NCBI RefSeq assembly: GCF_009765275.1
Contig: NZ_VOPH01000004.1
Coordinates: 315,810-379,809 of the forward strand
Source: Chachezhania sediminis
Lineage (GTDB): Bacteria > Pseudomonadota > Alphaproteobacteria > Rhodobacterales > Rhodobacteraceae
Reading direction: 5' to 3'
Length of the DNA stretch: 64,000 bases
Of this stretch, positions 49,066 to 59,035 are shown one piece after another; the stretch's first letter is position 1, and every line of letters begins with the position of its first letter. Made by a program: the position numbers and the translations under genes. The notes below the pieces were generated by a model that was not told the DNA's origin, made no database searches, and was given only the letters and a program-made list of their open reading frames with translations.

Positions 49066-49986
49066 ATGTCTCTCTTGGAATGGTCCATGTTGCTGGCACT
49101 GGCCGGCGTTTGGGGCGGGTCATTTTTCTTCAATGCGATTGCCGTACGCGAGTTGCCTGTCTTCACGGTGGTGGTCTGCCGCGTCGCCCTGGCGGCAATG
49201 ATCCTGCTGGCGATCATGCGTCTAAGCGGTCAGCGCCTGCCGCGCGGTCGGAGGATCTGGGGGGCGTTTTTTGCAATGGGGCTCCTGAACAACGCGATCC
49301 CCTTTACCCTCATCGTCTGGGGGCAGAAGGACATAGCATCCGGCGTCGCCTCGATCCTGAATGCATCGACCCCAATGTTCACGGTGATTTTCGCGCACTT
49401 TCTGACCGACGACGAACGCATGACAGGTGGCAAGGTCCTTGGGGTCCTGGTCGGTTTTGCCGGTGTCGCTGTCATGATCGGTCTGGACGCGTTGCGCGGC
49501 ATTGGCGCCGGTCTTTTTGCTCAGTTTCTGTGCCTGGGGGGCGCCATCTCATATGCTTTGGCCGGCATCTATGGCCGACGGTTCCGTGATAGGGGTGTCA
49601 GCCCTATCGGAACGGCCACAGGTCAGGTCATGGCCTCCAGCCTGATCATGTTGCCGCTTGTCGCCGTCGTGGACCGCCCCTGGACCCTGCCGATGCCGAG
49701 CCCTGAAGCAATCGGCGCCGCCATAGGTGTTGCTGCGATTTCGACGGCATTGGCTTACGTGCTTTACTTTCGCATCCTCGCCACGGCCGGAGCAACGAAC
49801 CTGTTGCTCGTGACCTTCCTCATCCCGGTCAGTGCAATTCTTCTGGGCACGGCATTCCTTGGAGAAACCATGCTGCCGCGCCATTTCGTCGGGATGGCTT
49901 TGATCTGTGCCGGCCTGGTCGCCATCGACGGCCGACTGATTTCGACCTGGAGCGGCACTGCACGCGGGGGAAGGGAAAGACCCTGA
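49066..49986 (+). CDS. DMT-superfamily (EamA-like) transporter
   Basis: Two EamA repeats, 10 TM helices. ATG at 49066; the track ORF begins at an in-frame TTG at 49036. Confidence 0.8.
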   Translation: MSLLEWSMLLALAGVWGGSFFFNAIAVRELPVFTVVVCRVALAAMILLAIMRLSGQRLPRGRRIWGAFFAMGLLNNAIPFTLIVWGQKDIASGVASILNASTPMFTVIFAHFLTDDERMTGGKVLGVLVGFAGVAVMIGLDALRGIGAGLFAQFLCLGGAISYALAGIYGRRFRDRGVSPIGTATGQVMASSLIMLPLVAVVDRPWTLPMPSPEAIGAAIGVAAISTALAYVLYFRILATAGATNLLLVTFLIPVSAILLGTAFLGETMLPRHFVGMALICAGLVAIDGRLISTWSGTARGGRERP

Positions 49987-50664
49987 GCTCAGGACCCATT
50001 GATTTGGGTGGGCGTCCATGAGCCACGGCTTGAAAACGAGCGGTGAGCATGTCTGGTCTACTCCGGTCGAGCGACGCAAAGATGGCGCGTCCGAAACCCT
50101 GCTTGCCGAAGCCACACGGGAAGCCACGGGGCGTTGATCGGCGTGTCCTGAGAGGAATTGTCCTTATCAATCGCAATGGCTTGGGTCGGCGCGAGGCCCC
50201 AAGGAAATGCGGCCCTCACAAGACACGTCTCGGAACCGTTGCAAGATGTGTAGCGATAAAGGCGTCTTCGCCCGGATCATGATGGGTTTGGCCTTTATGC
50301 TGGACTCCGCATGATGCTGGACACCGCATGGCACGGACCTCTCCTGAGGAGGAAGGTGGAACGCAACCATGATCCGCCGAGCCGGTTTAACACGTCGCTC
50401 GACAGATGAAGAAATTGCCTCCCGACGATGATTGAATTTCGTGCAAGCGCTCGGTGCAGTCTGTCGGCCGTGCCGCAGCGGTGACCCATGCGGGCAGCAT
50501 CCGATGCGCCCGGCCTGTTGCCGCGAATAGAAACAGCACCCTCCCGCCGCACTGTGGCCCTTCGCAACGGACATTCACGACGGAGGACCGGCGTCGGCCT
50601 CGCTGAATGTCCGGAAACAACTTTTCCACGATGAACTCCTCGATCCATGTGATATTTCAACAGC

Positions 50665-53175
50665 ATGGACATTGTTCTCATCACGACCGTCATTGCCTCG
50701 CTTTTCCTCGTCATCGGGCTTGCGGAGCCGTTGGCTGCGCGGCTGCGGCTGCCCTTCAGCGTGATCCTGGCGGGCATCGGCATCCTGATCGGCGTCGGCG
50801 CGACCTTTTTCCTGCGGACCCAGCTGACCGACGCGCTGAACCCCGTGGCCGAAGCGATCCTGGGTTTGCCGATCCGGTCGAACGCGTTTCTCTATGTCTT
50901 CCTGCCGACACTGCTGTTCCAGGCCACGCTGGGGATGGACCTGCGCAGGATGCTCGACGATTGGGTGCCGATCCTGATGCTGGCCGTCGTGGCCGTGGTC
51001 GCGGCGACGCTTTTCGTGGGCTATGCGCTGTCGTGGGTCAGCACGCTTCCGCTTGCGGCCTGTCTGCTGATCGGCGCGATCATTTCCACGACCGATCCGT
51101 CCGCCGTGGTCTCGATCTTCCGGTCGATCTCGGCACCGCGCCGCCTGTCGCGGATCATCGAGGGCGAAAGCCTGCTGAACGACGCCGCCGCCATCGCGCT
51201 GTTCGGGCTGTTCATGGGCTTCGTCATGTTGGGCGTACCGGACCCCGAACTGGGTGACGCGCTGGCGCGCTTTCCCTTCCTGATCGTCGGCGGTGCCGTC
51301 ACAGGCTGGCTGGCCGCGCGGATCGCGGTCTGGGTCATGGGTATGTTCGGCCGTCACGAACTGGCACAGATCTCGATCTCGGTGGCGCTGCCGTATCTCA
51401 CCTATATCGGCGCGGAACAGAGCGTGGGCGCGTCCGGCGTCATCGCCGTCGTGGCAGCCGGTCTGACACTGAACCTCAGCGGTCCCGGGCGTCTGCCGCC
51501 GCAGACCTGGACCAACCTGCGCGAGCTGTGGGACGTCCTGGCGCACTGGGCTGGCGCGCTGATCTTCATCCTGGCGGCGCTGCTGGTGCCCCGGCTTCTG
51601 GAAGAGGTCCGGATCGAGGATTTCGTGCAGGTCGGCGTGGTGATCCTTGCTGCCATTGCCGCACGGGCCCTGATCCTTTTCATCATCCTGCCGTTGCTGG
51701 CCGCCTTGAAGCTGTCCCCCACGGTCGAACAGCCCTATCGGGTCGCGATCCTGTGGGGCGGGTTGCGCGGCGCCGTGACGCTGGCGCTGGCGCTGGCGGT
51801 CACCGAAAGCTTCCGCGTCCCGGACGGGGTTCAGCGCGTGGTCGGCATCCTTGCCACCGGCTTCACGCTGTTCACGCTGATCGTGCAGGGCACGACCCTG
51901 CGCTGGATCATCGGCAAACTGGGGCTGGACCGCCTGTCGCCGATCGACGAGGCACTGTCGCGACAGGTGGTCGCTGTGGCCCTGCAGCAGGTCCGGGAAG
52001 ACCTGGCGCGCACCACAGAGAATTACGACCTTGGCCGCGATATCGTCCGGTCAGAAGCCAAGCGTTTCGGCGAAAGGCTGGAGGACGCCGTCAGGGCGGC
52101 CGAGGATAGTGCCGACATCCTGGACCGGGACCGGATCACCCTGGGCCTGATTGCGCTGGCCGGTCACGAACGCGACACGATCCTTGCCCGGGTGAGGGAG
52201 CGTACGATCTCTGCCCGGATGGCCGAGCAGGTGCTGTCGGATGCGGATCGCCTGATCGAGGGCGCGCGCTCGGGCGGACGAAACGGGTATAACCGCGCCG
52301 CACGCCGCAGCGTGGCCTACGGCCGCGCCTTCCGTGCGGCCGGGCGCCTGAATTTCCGGCTGCGCATGTCGCGACCGCTGGCGCGTATGACCGCGGCCCA
52401 TTTCGAACTGCTGCTGTCGCAGCGGCTGGTCCTGCGCGATCTGGACGGTTTCATCACCGGACGCATCCGCCGTATTCACGGCAAGAGGGTCAGCGACCTG
52501 TTGTCGGAACTGCTGTCGCGCCGGATCGAGATGGTCGAAACCGCGCTGGAAGGGCTGAGGCTGCAGTATCCCGGCTATGCCGAGGAACTGGAGCGCCGCT
52601 TCATTCGCCGGACCGCTCTGCGTCTGGAAGAGCGTGAGTATTCGACGATGCGCGAAGATGGCCTGATCGGGGCCGAAGTCTACACCAAGCTGATGGAGGA
52701 CCTCGACCTGCGCCGGGCGGCGGCCGAGGATCGCCCCAACCTGGATATCACGCTTCAAAGGATCGAACTGGTGCGCCAGCTTCCGCTTTTTGCCGGGCTG
52801 GAGGAACGTGACCTGAAACGTCTGAGCCGCGTGCTTCGGGCGCGTTATGCGAATGCCGGGGACGTCATCGTCCGCAGGGACGGCGTTGCGAAAAGCGTGT
52901 TCTTCATTGCGTCGGGGGCGGCAGAGGTGGAAACGGCCGGCCAGACCTGGCGCCTGGGGCGCGGTGAAATGTTCGGCCAGATGTCCATCCTGATGAAAAA
53001 GACGCTCAGGACGGAAGTGCGCGCGATTGCGCCGTCGATCCTTCTGGAACTGGACGAGGCACGGTTCCGCCGTTTGCTAGGCCGCAGCACCTCGATGCAG
53101 GACGCCGTCCGTGCGAGCGCGAAGAAACGCGGGATCGCACCGGAAGATCTGTTCGCCGACACCAATGCCGCCTGA
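50665..53175 (+). CDS. NhaP-type Na+(K+)/H+ antiporter (CPA1) fused to a C-terminal cyclic-nucleotide-binding domain
   Basis: N-terminal 12-TM Na_H_Exchanger domain (TDPSAVVSIF motif), a long helical linker, then a CNBD (FFIASGAAEV...GEMFGQMSIL...RTEVRA). 836 aa. Confidence 0.8.
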   Translation: MDIVLITTVIASLFLVIGLAEPLAARLRLPFSVILAGIGILIGVGATFFLRTQLTDALNPVAEAILGLPIRSNAFLYVFLPTLLFQATLGMDLRRMLDDWVPILMLAVVAVVAATLFVGYALSWVSTLPLAACLLIGAIISTTDPSAVVSIFRSISAPRRLSRIIEGESLLNDAAAIALFGLFMGFVMLGVPDPELGDALARFPFLIVGGAVTGWLAARIAVWVMGMFGRHELAQISISVALPYLTYIGAEQSVGASGVIAVVAAGLTLNLSGPGRLPPQTWTNLRELWDVLAHWAGALIFILAALLVPRLLEEVRIEDFVQVGVVILAAIAARALILFIILPLLAALKLSPTVEQPYRVAILWGGLRGAVTLALALAVTESFRVPDGVQRVVGILATGFTLFTLIVQGTTLRWIIGKLGLDRLSPIDEALSRQVVAVALQQVREDLARTTENYDLGRDIVRSEAKRFGERLEDAVRAAEDSADILDRDRITLGLIALAGHERDTILARVRERTISARMAEQVLSDADRLIEGARSGGRNGYNRAARRSVAYGRAFRAAGRLNFRLRMSRPLARMTAAHFELLLSQRLVLRDLDGFITGRIRRIHGKRVSDLLSELLSRRIEMVETALEGLRLQYPGYAEELERRFIRRTALRLEEREYSTMREDGLIGAEVYTKLMEDLDLRRAAAEDRPNLDITLQRIELVRQLPLFAGLEERDLKRLSRVLRARYANAGDVIVRRDGVAKSVFFIASGAAEVETAGQTWRLGRGEMFGQMSILMKKTLRTEVRAIAPSILLELDEARFRRLLGRSTSMQDAVRASAKKRGIAPEDLFADTNAA

Positions 53176-53523
53176 CGGGCAACTGCCGGATGCCGACGCG
53201 CGTCTGTTGGTGATGGAACACGACCTGGCTGCTGGGATCGCAGTCTCTGTCGGCGGCATCATGACTGGGCAGGTCTCGTGACCTGGCAGGCCAATCGCCA
53301 ACGCGCAAGCGAACGCTTCGCCAAGTGTTTGACGTTTTAGGTGACCTAAGATCCGGCTCTCCTCCGAATGAACGGAGTGTCCGGCAGGTTGATTGCGCTG
53401 CTCCCCCAACTCTGGACCGCCGAACACCGGATTTTTCCGGCTGTCTTATGATGGCGGCTGGTGACGCCATCGGGACGATGCAGGGCTATCGGGACTTTTT
53501 ATCCGATCGCGCGGTCGGGCCGG

Positions 53524-53907
53524 TCACGACCACCTCTTCATCGGAAGCACTCGCTCGGTGTTGCCCGACCGCGCAAGGATTTCGGTCAGAAGCGGGCCGG
53601 ACAGTTTGGCCGGTGTGGTGTCGCCCAGCAGCTTGTTGCTGGAAAAGGCGTTTGAACCGGCCTGTTCGGCTTCGTGAATATCGCTCAGAAAATCCTGGAC
53701 GACATTCCGGAAGGCGATCAGGGCAGAATCGGGCCATTGTCCCAGAGACTTGACCGCGACGGTCGGCTGGTCTTGCATCTGTGCCATAAGCTGGTCGAAA
53801 TCGGGATCCGCCCGGTCGTCTGGCCCTTCAGCATTGATGGACCGCAGAAAGCTCCAAAGGACCCATTGCAGGCTGTCACTCACGGTTGCCTCTCCGCGTT
53901 TGATCAT
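53524..53907 (-). CDS. Hypothetical protein (127 aa)
   Basis: ORF with non-repetitive composition and no recognisable motif. Weak Shine-Dalgarno. Confidence 0.35.
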   Translation of the reverse strand: MIKRGEATVSDSLQWVLWSFLRSINAEGPDDRADPDFDQLMAQMQDQPTVAVKSLGQWPDSALIAFRNVVQDFLSDIHEAEQAGSNAFSSNKLLGDTTPAKLSGPLLTEILARSGNTERVLPMKRWS

Positions 53908-54321
53908 ATCTCTTCTACTTGACTAGTTAAGGTCGTAACCCCCTGTTCGGGAACCGATCTTTCGTATAGGTCCTATAGCCAGAATTGCTGGAAGGTCGGC
54001 CTTTTGGGGCATGCGGCCAGGTCCATGGCAAAGGGTCGGCCACAGCCGCCGGCACACGCGCGGCTGTTTCAGTCGCCGAAATCGGACCGCCAGAAATCAC
54101 ACCACCCGGATCGCCGGAAGTGTCCTGGCAGGCTGCGGATGGCATGCGAAATGCTGGCGCGGTCATGACCGGACGAAACTTCGCAGAATCGTCACGGCGT
54201 CGTGTCCCCGAACCGTCTTGTCGAACGGTCCTGCTGAAATGCGGCCGGGCGCGGGGGGCGTTGCGGTGGTGGGCTGGGTTGCCGGCATCGGCGCCGTGCG
54301 GCGTGATGCAGCGGCAGCGGT

Positions 54322-54498
54322 TTATGAGATCGCGGAAAGTAGCGCGCGGCCGATCTGGAACCAGACGGCAACGCCCCCGATTACGCTGGGCAGAAGCCAC
54401 CAGCCACTGGGCAGGGACAGGACTGCGGCTTCGCCACGGGTGTCGGATGCATCGGTGGAAAGCGCGGGACGCAGCCCGGCCATGATCGCAATCATCAT
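54322..54498 (-). CDS. Small membrane protein (58 aa)
   Basis: Perfect GGAGGAGG Shine-Dalgarno 6 nt upstream of ATGATG. C-terminal TM helix WWLLPSVIGGVAVWFQIGRALLSAIS. This is the internal part of the 54322..54549 ORF. Confidence 0.45.
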   Translation of the reverse strand: MMIAIMAGLRPALSTDASDTRGEAAVLSLPSGWWLLPSVIGGVAVWFQIGRALLSAIS

Positions 54499-54799
54499 TC
54501 CAATCCTCCTCCCCGACAACCGTCTGTCAGTGCGCTTGGGGTCCATCACCCCTGCTGTGGGATCGTTTATTACCCCGGATCTGTTTCCAAGACATTAATT
54601 CAAGCGGCGAATGCCCCTGTACGAAAGGATAGTTCCTTTGTCGAAAGAGCATAACCTTCCATGATGTTGGAGGAAACCTGAACGCGGCGCAAAATATCCT
54701 GTGAAAGGGCGGGTTTTCGTTGCGCGAATACAATTCAGGATGGAACTGACCCGGGCCGGAAGGGTGCCGGCCCGAATTGGACCGCAATCGCCTTTGGCT

Positions 54800-55045
54800 T
54801 CAGGGCTGGTGTGCGGCCGGGCTGTCCGCCTGCTCTTTCACCCGGCGCAGGACGAACAGCCGGATGGCCGAGGCCAGGCCGATGTCCAGCCCGCGTTCCT
54901 CGTCGATCCGGGCGGCCAGGGCGCTGACCGACACGCCGTCGGCGCGGGCGATGGCGCGGAATTCGTCCCAGAATGGGTCTTCCAGCGAAACCGAGGTGCG
55001 GTGCCCGCGAAGCGTCAAGGATCGTTTGCGGGGGCGGCCAGTCAT
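54800..55045 (-). CDS. Ribbon-helix-helix (CopG/Arc-like) domain protein
   Basis: RSLTLRGHRTSVSLEDPFWDEFRAIARADGVSVSALAARID is an RHH fold. Start at MTGRPRK. Confidence 0.65.
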   Translation of the reverse strand: MTGRPRKRSLTLRGHRTSVSLEDPFWDEFRAIARADGVSVSALAARIDEERGLDIGLASAIRLFVLRRVKEQADSPAAHQP

Positions 55046-55052
55046 CGGGGGA

Positions 55053-55232
55053 TCAGTCGTCGTCGCGGCGGTGGGCATCAAGGCGGCGCTCTTCGCGCTC
55101 TGCCTCTGCCTTGTCGCGCGATTTCTCGGCCTTGGTGCGGCCGAACTTCACGGCGTTCTCGTCTGCGCGGGCCTTTCGATCGGCCCGCGCCTTTTCCTTT
55201 CGAAACCGGTTCAGATTGACCGGTTCGCTCAT
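55053..55232 (-). CDS. DUF4169-family small basic protein (59 aa)
   Basis: [59 protein letters not shown]. The start ATGA overlaps the fumC stop. Not in the ORF track because it is under 60 aa. Confidence 0.6.
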   Translation of the reverse strand: MSEPVNLNRFRKEKARADRKARADENAVKFGRTKAEKSRDKAEAEREERRLDAHRRDDD

Positions 55233-56623
55233 CCCTTGGGGCCGATCATGTCCTCGGGGCGGACGACACGGTCGAAGGTTTCGGCGTCCACGAAGCCAAG
55301 GGCAATCGCTTCTTCCTTCAGTGTGGTGCCGTTCTTGTGCGCCGTCTTCGCCACCTTGGTCGCGTTGTCATAGCCGATGGTCGGCGCCAGCGCGGTCACC
55401 AGCATCAGCGATTCACGCATCAGCTTGCCGATCCGGTCAACATTGGCTTCGGTCCCGTTCAGCATCCGCAGGGTGAAGCTGTCGGCGGCGTTGCCCAGCA
55501 GCGTCATCGACTGCAGCAGGTTGTAGGCCATCATCGGGTTGTAGACGTTCAGTTCGAAATGGCCCTGGCTGCCGGCGAAGGAGATCGCGGCGTCGTTGCC
55601 CAGGATATGGGCGCAGACCTGGGTCATGGCCTCGGCCTGGGTCGGGTTCACCTTGCCCGGCATGATCGAGGAGCCCGGTTCGTTTTCCGGCAGGATCAGT
55701 TCGCCCAGACCCGACCGGGGGCCGGAGCCCAGGAACCGCATGTCGTTGGCGATCTTGTAGCAGGCCATGGCGACAGTTTTCACAGCACCCGACATGAAGA
55801 CCATGGCGTCATGGGCGGCCAGCGCCTCGAACTTGTTGGGGGCAGTGATGAAGGGCAGGCCCGTGATCTCGGCCATGTTGGCCGCGACGGTGGTGTCCCA
55901 GCCCACGGAGGTGTTCAGGCCGGTGCCGACGGCGGTGCCGCCCTGCGCCAGTTCCAGAACGCCCGGCAGCGCCAGCTTGATACGCTCGATCCCGTTGCGG
56001 ATCTGCTTGGCATAGCCGGAAAACTCCTGACCGAGCGTCAGCGGCGTCGCATCCTGGGTGTGGGTCCGGCCGATCTTGATGATGTCCTTGAATTCTTCAG
56101 CCTTGGCTTCCAGCCCCGCGGCCAGCACTTCCAGTCCCGGCAGCAGCGTGTCGTGCACGGTGGTGGCCGCTGCGATGTGCATCGCGGTCGGGAAGGTATC
56201 GTTGGACGACTGACCCATATTGCAGTGGTCGTTCGGGTGGACCGGATCCTTGGACCCGATCACGCCACCCAGAATCTCGATCGCGCGGTTGGCGATGACC
56301 TCGTTGGCATTCATGTTCGACTGGGTGCCGGACCCGGTCTGCCAGACGACCAGCGGGAAGTTGTCGTCGAACTTGCCCTCGATCACCTCGGACGCGGCCT
56401 GGATGATCGCGTCGGCGATCTTGGGATCCATCTTGCCGCTGGCCTTGTTGGCCATGGCACAGGCTTTCTTGATGACCCCCAGCGCGCGGACGATGGCCAC
56501 GGGCTGTTTTTCCCAGCCGATCGGGAAGTTCATCAGCGACCGTTGGGTCTGAGCGCCCCAGTACTTGTCGGCCGGAACTTCCAGCGGGCCAAAACTGTCG
56601 GTTTCGGTACGGGTTGCGGACAT
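55229..56623 (-). CDS. fumC: Fumarate hydratase class II
   Basis: [16 protein letters not shown] signature, 464 aa. This is the C-terminal part of the 55229..57391 ORF; the start is at the Met MSATRTE. Confidence 0.95.
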   Translation of the reverse strand: MSATRTETDSFGPLEVPADKYWGAQTQRSLMNFPIGWEKQPVAIVRALGVIKKACAMANKASGKMDPKIADAIIQAASEVIEGKFDDNFPLVVWQTGSGTQSNMNANEVIANRAIEILGGVIGSKDPVHPNDHCNMGQSSNDTFPTAMHIAAATTVHDTLLPGLEVLAAGLEAKAEEFKDIIKIGRTHTQDATPLTLGQEFSGYAKQIRNGIERIKLALPGVLELAQGGTAVGTGLNTSVGWDTTVAANMAEITGLPFITAPNKFEALAAHDAMVFMSGAVKTVAMACYKIANDMRFLGSGPRSGLGELILPENEPGSSIMPGKVNPTQAEAMTQVCAHILGNDAAISFAGSQGHFELNVYNPMMAYNLLQSMTLLGNAADSFTLRMLNGTEANVDRIGKLMRESLMLVTALAPTIGYDNATKVAKTAHKNGTTLKEEAIALGFVDAETFDRVVRPEDMIGPKG

Positions 56624-56830
56624 GGGCGCCTCCGTCGCGTGAAATGTCGGAAATGGATTGACAAGCCGTCTACCGGCCCACGCGGGGGGAGGCAATGGCA
56701 CAGATGGCGCAGGGGCGTTGTGTACCGATGCAATCGTGTCGAGCGCACGTCTTGCTGGCGGCACAATATAGTCTAGATAGGATAGCGGGGCTGCCGCCGT
56801 CTCGGCCTGTCCGGACTGGCGGCTGGCCCA

Positions 56831-57493
56831 ATGGCAAGGAGGCAGGCCGTGACCGAACGCAATCCGAAAGCTGGACCGCGACAGATGCTGGATCAGGGGC
56901 ACCGCAGGGCCGCGGCCACCCGGGCCGTCGTATCGGACCGGCGCGCGATCCTTCTGGCGGCGGGCGTTTTTCTGATGATGGCCTGGTCGGCCATCGCCGC
57001 CCATGCCGCGACTATTTCGGATTTCTACGGCAGCTATTCGGGATCGGCCGAAGTGGTATCGACCGACGGCGAGGTTCATCAGCGCGACATGAGCGTGAAG
57101 ATCTCGGGCTATCCGCAGGACAAGAACCGCAAGGATCAGTTCACGGTCGCCTGGACGTCGATCAGCTATTTCGACGACGGACGCAGCAAGGAAGCGTCCT
57201 ATTCCATCGATTTCAACCGGACCGACCGGCCGGACGTCTTTGCTGCAGCGATGCAGAAGAACGTCTTCGGGCACGAGGTGCAGGCCGATCCGATGAAGGG
57301 ACAGCCCTTCGTCTGGGCCCGGATCCAGGGCAACACGATGACCGTCTTCTCGCTGTTCGTGGGCGATGACGGCGGCTACGAGATCCAGCAATACGACCGT
57401 ACCCTGACGGATCTGGGGCTGGACCTGGCCTTCAGCCGTGTCCGCAATGGCGAGATCCTGAGGACCATCAACACGATTCTTGTCAGGGACTGA
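56831..57493 (+). CDS. Hypothetical exported protein
   Basis: Hydrophobic signal/anchor [22 protein letters not shown] plus a beta-rich body. The start is uncertain. Confidence 0.5.
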   Translation: MARRQAVTERNPKAGPRQMLDQGHRRAAATRAVVSDRRAILLAAGVFLMMAWSAIAAHAATISDFYGSYSGSAEVVSTDGEVHQRDMSVKISGYPQDKNRKDQFTVAWTSISYFDDGRSKEASYSIDFNRTDRPDVFAAAMQKNVFGHEVQADPMKGQPFVWARIQGNTMTVFSLFVGDDGGYEIQQYDRTLTDLGLDLAFSRVRNGEILRTINTILVRD

Positions 57494-57711
57494 CCGCGAC
57501 TACCAGGCGCGGGCGGGGCGTTTGATCCCGCTTGCGCGGCCAGGGGAAATCCGGCCATAGTCCTGATCGAGGGCAGGCGATGGCGTCGCCGCCGCCGTCT
57601 GGCGCGCCCTTCATGTCCGTCCTGAACGCCGGGATCCTGCCTTGCCACCGCCGGTGGCCCGGGCCGGTCCGGCCCCGGGATCCGGCGGCGGCTCCGTCAA
57701 GGAGCGCCTCT

Positions 57712-58914
57712 TTGAACCGTCCAGACTTCTACCGCTTTCACCAGGGCGACCGGATCCTGCCGTTCGAACCCGCCGAATACGATGCCCGCCTGTCCGGTCT
57801 GCGCCGGTCGATGGTGGCCGAGGGTGTCGGCGCCTGCGTCTTCACCTCGATGCAGAACATCGCCTACTATTCGGGCTTCCTTTATTGCAGCTTCGGACGG
57901 CCTTTCGGCCTGGTGGTGACCGCGACCGACAGCGTCACGATCAGCGCGGGCATCGATGCGGCCCAACCCTGGCGACGCTGCCATGGCGACAACATCACCT
58001 ATACCGACTGGCAGAGGGACAATTTCTGGCGCGCGATCCTGTCGGTTGCGGGCGCGGGCAGGGTGGTAGGCTATGAAGGCGACCACCTGACGCTGGCGCA
58101 GAAGGGGCCGCTGGATTTCTTCCTAAAGCCTTCGGCGACAGTCGACATCGCCCCGGCCACGATGCGCCAGCGCATGTCGAAGTCCCAGGCCGAAATCGCG
58201 CTGATCCGCCATGGGGCGCAGGTCGCCGATATCGGCGGATATGCCATGCGGGACGCGATCCGCGAAGGCGCGCGGGAAATCGACGTGGCCATGGCCGGCC
58301 GCGACGCGATGGAGCTGGAGATCGCCAGGCGCTTTCCCGAAGGCGAATACCGCGACACCTGGGTCTGGTTCCAGTCGGGCATCAACACCGACGGCGCCCA
58401 TAACCCGGTGACGGGCCGCATCCTGCAACGCGGGGACGTCCTGTCGCTGAACGCCTTTCCCATGATCTCGGGCTATTACACCGCACTGGAACGGACCCTG
58501 TTTCTGGGCGAGGTCGACGATGCCTCGCTGAAGATCTGGGAGGCGAATGTCGCAGCCCACGAATACGGAATGTCGCTGCTGAGGCCGGGCCGGTCCTGCG
58601 CCGAGGTGACAGAGGCCATCAACGCCTTCTTCGCCGACCGCGACCTGCTGCAGTACCGCACCTTCGGGTACGGACATTCCTTCGGGATCCTGTCCCACCA
58701 CTACGGGCGCGAGGCCGGGTTGGAACTGCGCGAGGATATCGACACGGTGCTGGAGCCCGGCATGGTCATCTCGATGGAGCCGATGCTGACCATCCCCGAA
58801 GGCCGGCCCGGCGCGGGCGGCTACCGCGAACACGATATCCTGGTCATAACCGAGAACGGGAACGAGGATATCACCGGCTATCCCTATGGGCCGGGGTTCA
58901 ACGTGGTGGGCTGA
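57712..58914 (+). CDS. Creatinase (creatine amidinohydrolase), M24 family, TTG start
   Basis: Near-collinear match to bacterial creatinase (FTSMQNIAYYSGFLYCSFGRP, GQPWRR, VWFQSGINTDGAHNPVT, YRTFGYGHSFG, LEPGMV.SMEPM). An AAGGAG Shine-Dalgarno sits 7 nt before TTG 57712. No in-frame ATG at the homologous N-terminus. Confidence 0.8.
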   Translation: MNRPDFYRFHQGDRILPFEPAEYDARLSGLRRSMVAEGVGACVFTSMQNIAYYSGFLYCSFGRPFGLVVTATDSVTISAGIDAAQPWRRCHGDNITYTDWQRDNFWRAILSVAGAGRVVGYEGDHLTLAQKGPLDFFLKPSATVDIAPATMRQRMSKSQAEIALIRHGAQVADIGGYAMRDAIREGAREIDVAMAGRDAMELEIARRFPEGEYRDTWVWFQSGINTDGAHNPVTGRILQRGDVLSLNAFPMISGYYTALERTLFLGEVDDASLKIWEANVAAHEYGMSLLRPGRSCAEVTEAINAFFADRDLLQYRTFGYGHSFGILSHHYGREAGLELREDIDTVLEPGMVISMEPMLTIPEGRPGAGGYREHDILVITENGNEDITGYPYGPGFNVVG

Positions 58915-59035
58915 CCTGGGTTTTTCGGCCGGGGGGGGCCGGTCGAGCCGGACAGCCTTCCTGTGGTTTTCGCGTTGGAACGGCCTAGATTGATGAACAA
59001 AGAGCACGAGAACATTCAGGTGGACGTCCAAGCCC

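Noticed and set aside
53927-54598. Several overlapping 150-195-aa ORFs on both strands
   Set aside because: All are Arg/Gly/Pro-rich with no Shine-Dalgarno or motifs. The only credible coding signal here is the 58-aa Shine-Dalgarno-preceded small ORF.
54744-54766. CGGGCCGG-aagggtg-CCGGCCCG hairpin downstream of the RHH gene as an intrinsic terminator
   Set aside because: A perfect stem but no U-tract on either strand. More likely a REP-like element or factor-dependent termination.
55337-56776. 479-aa plus-strand ORF
   Set aside because: Antisense to fumC.
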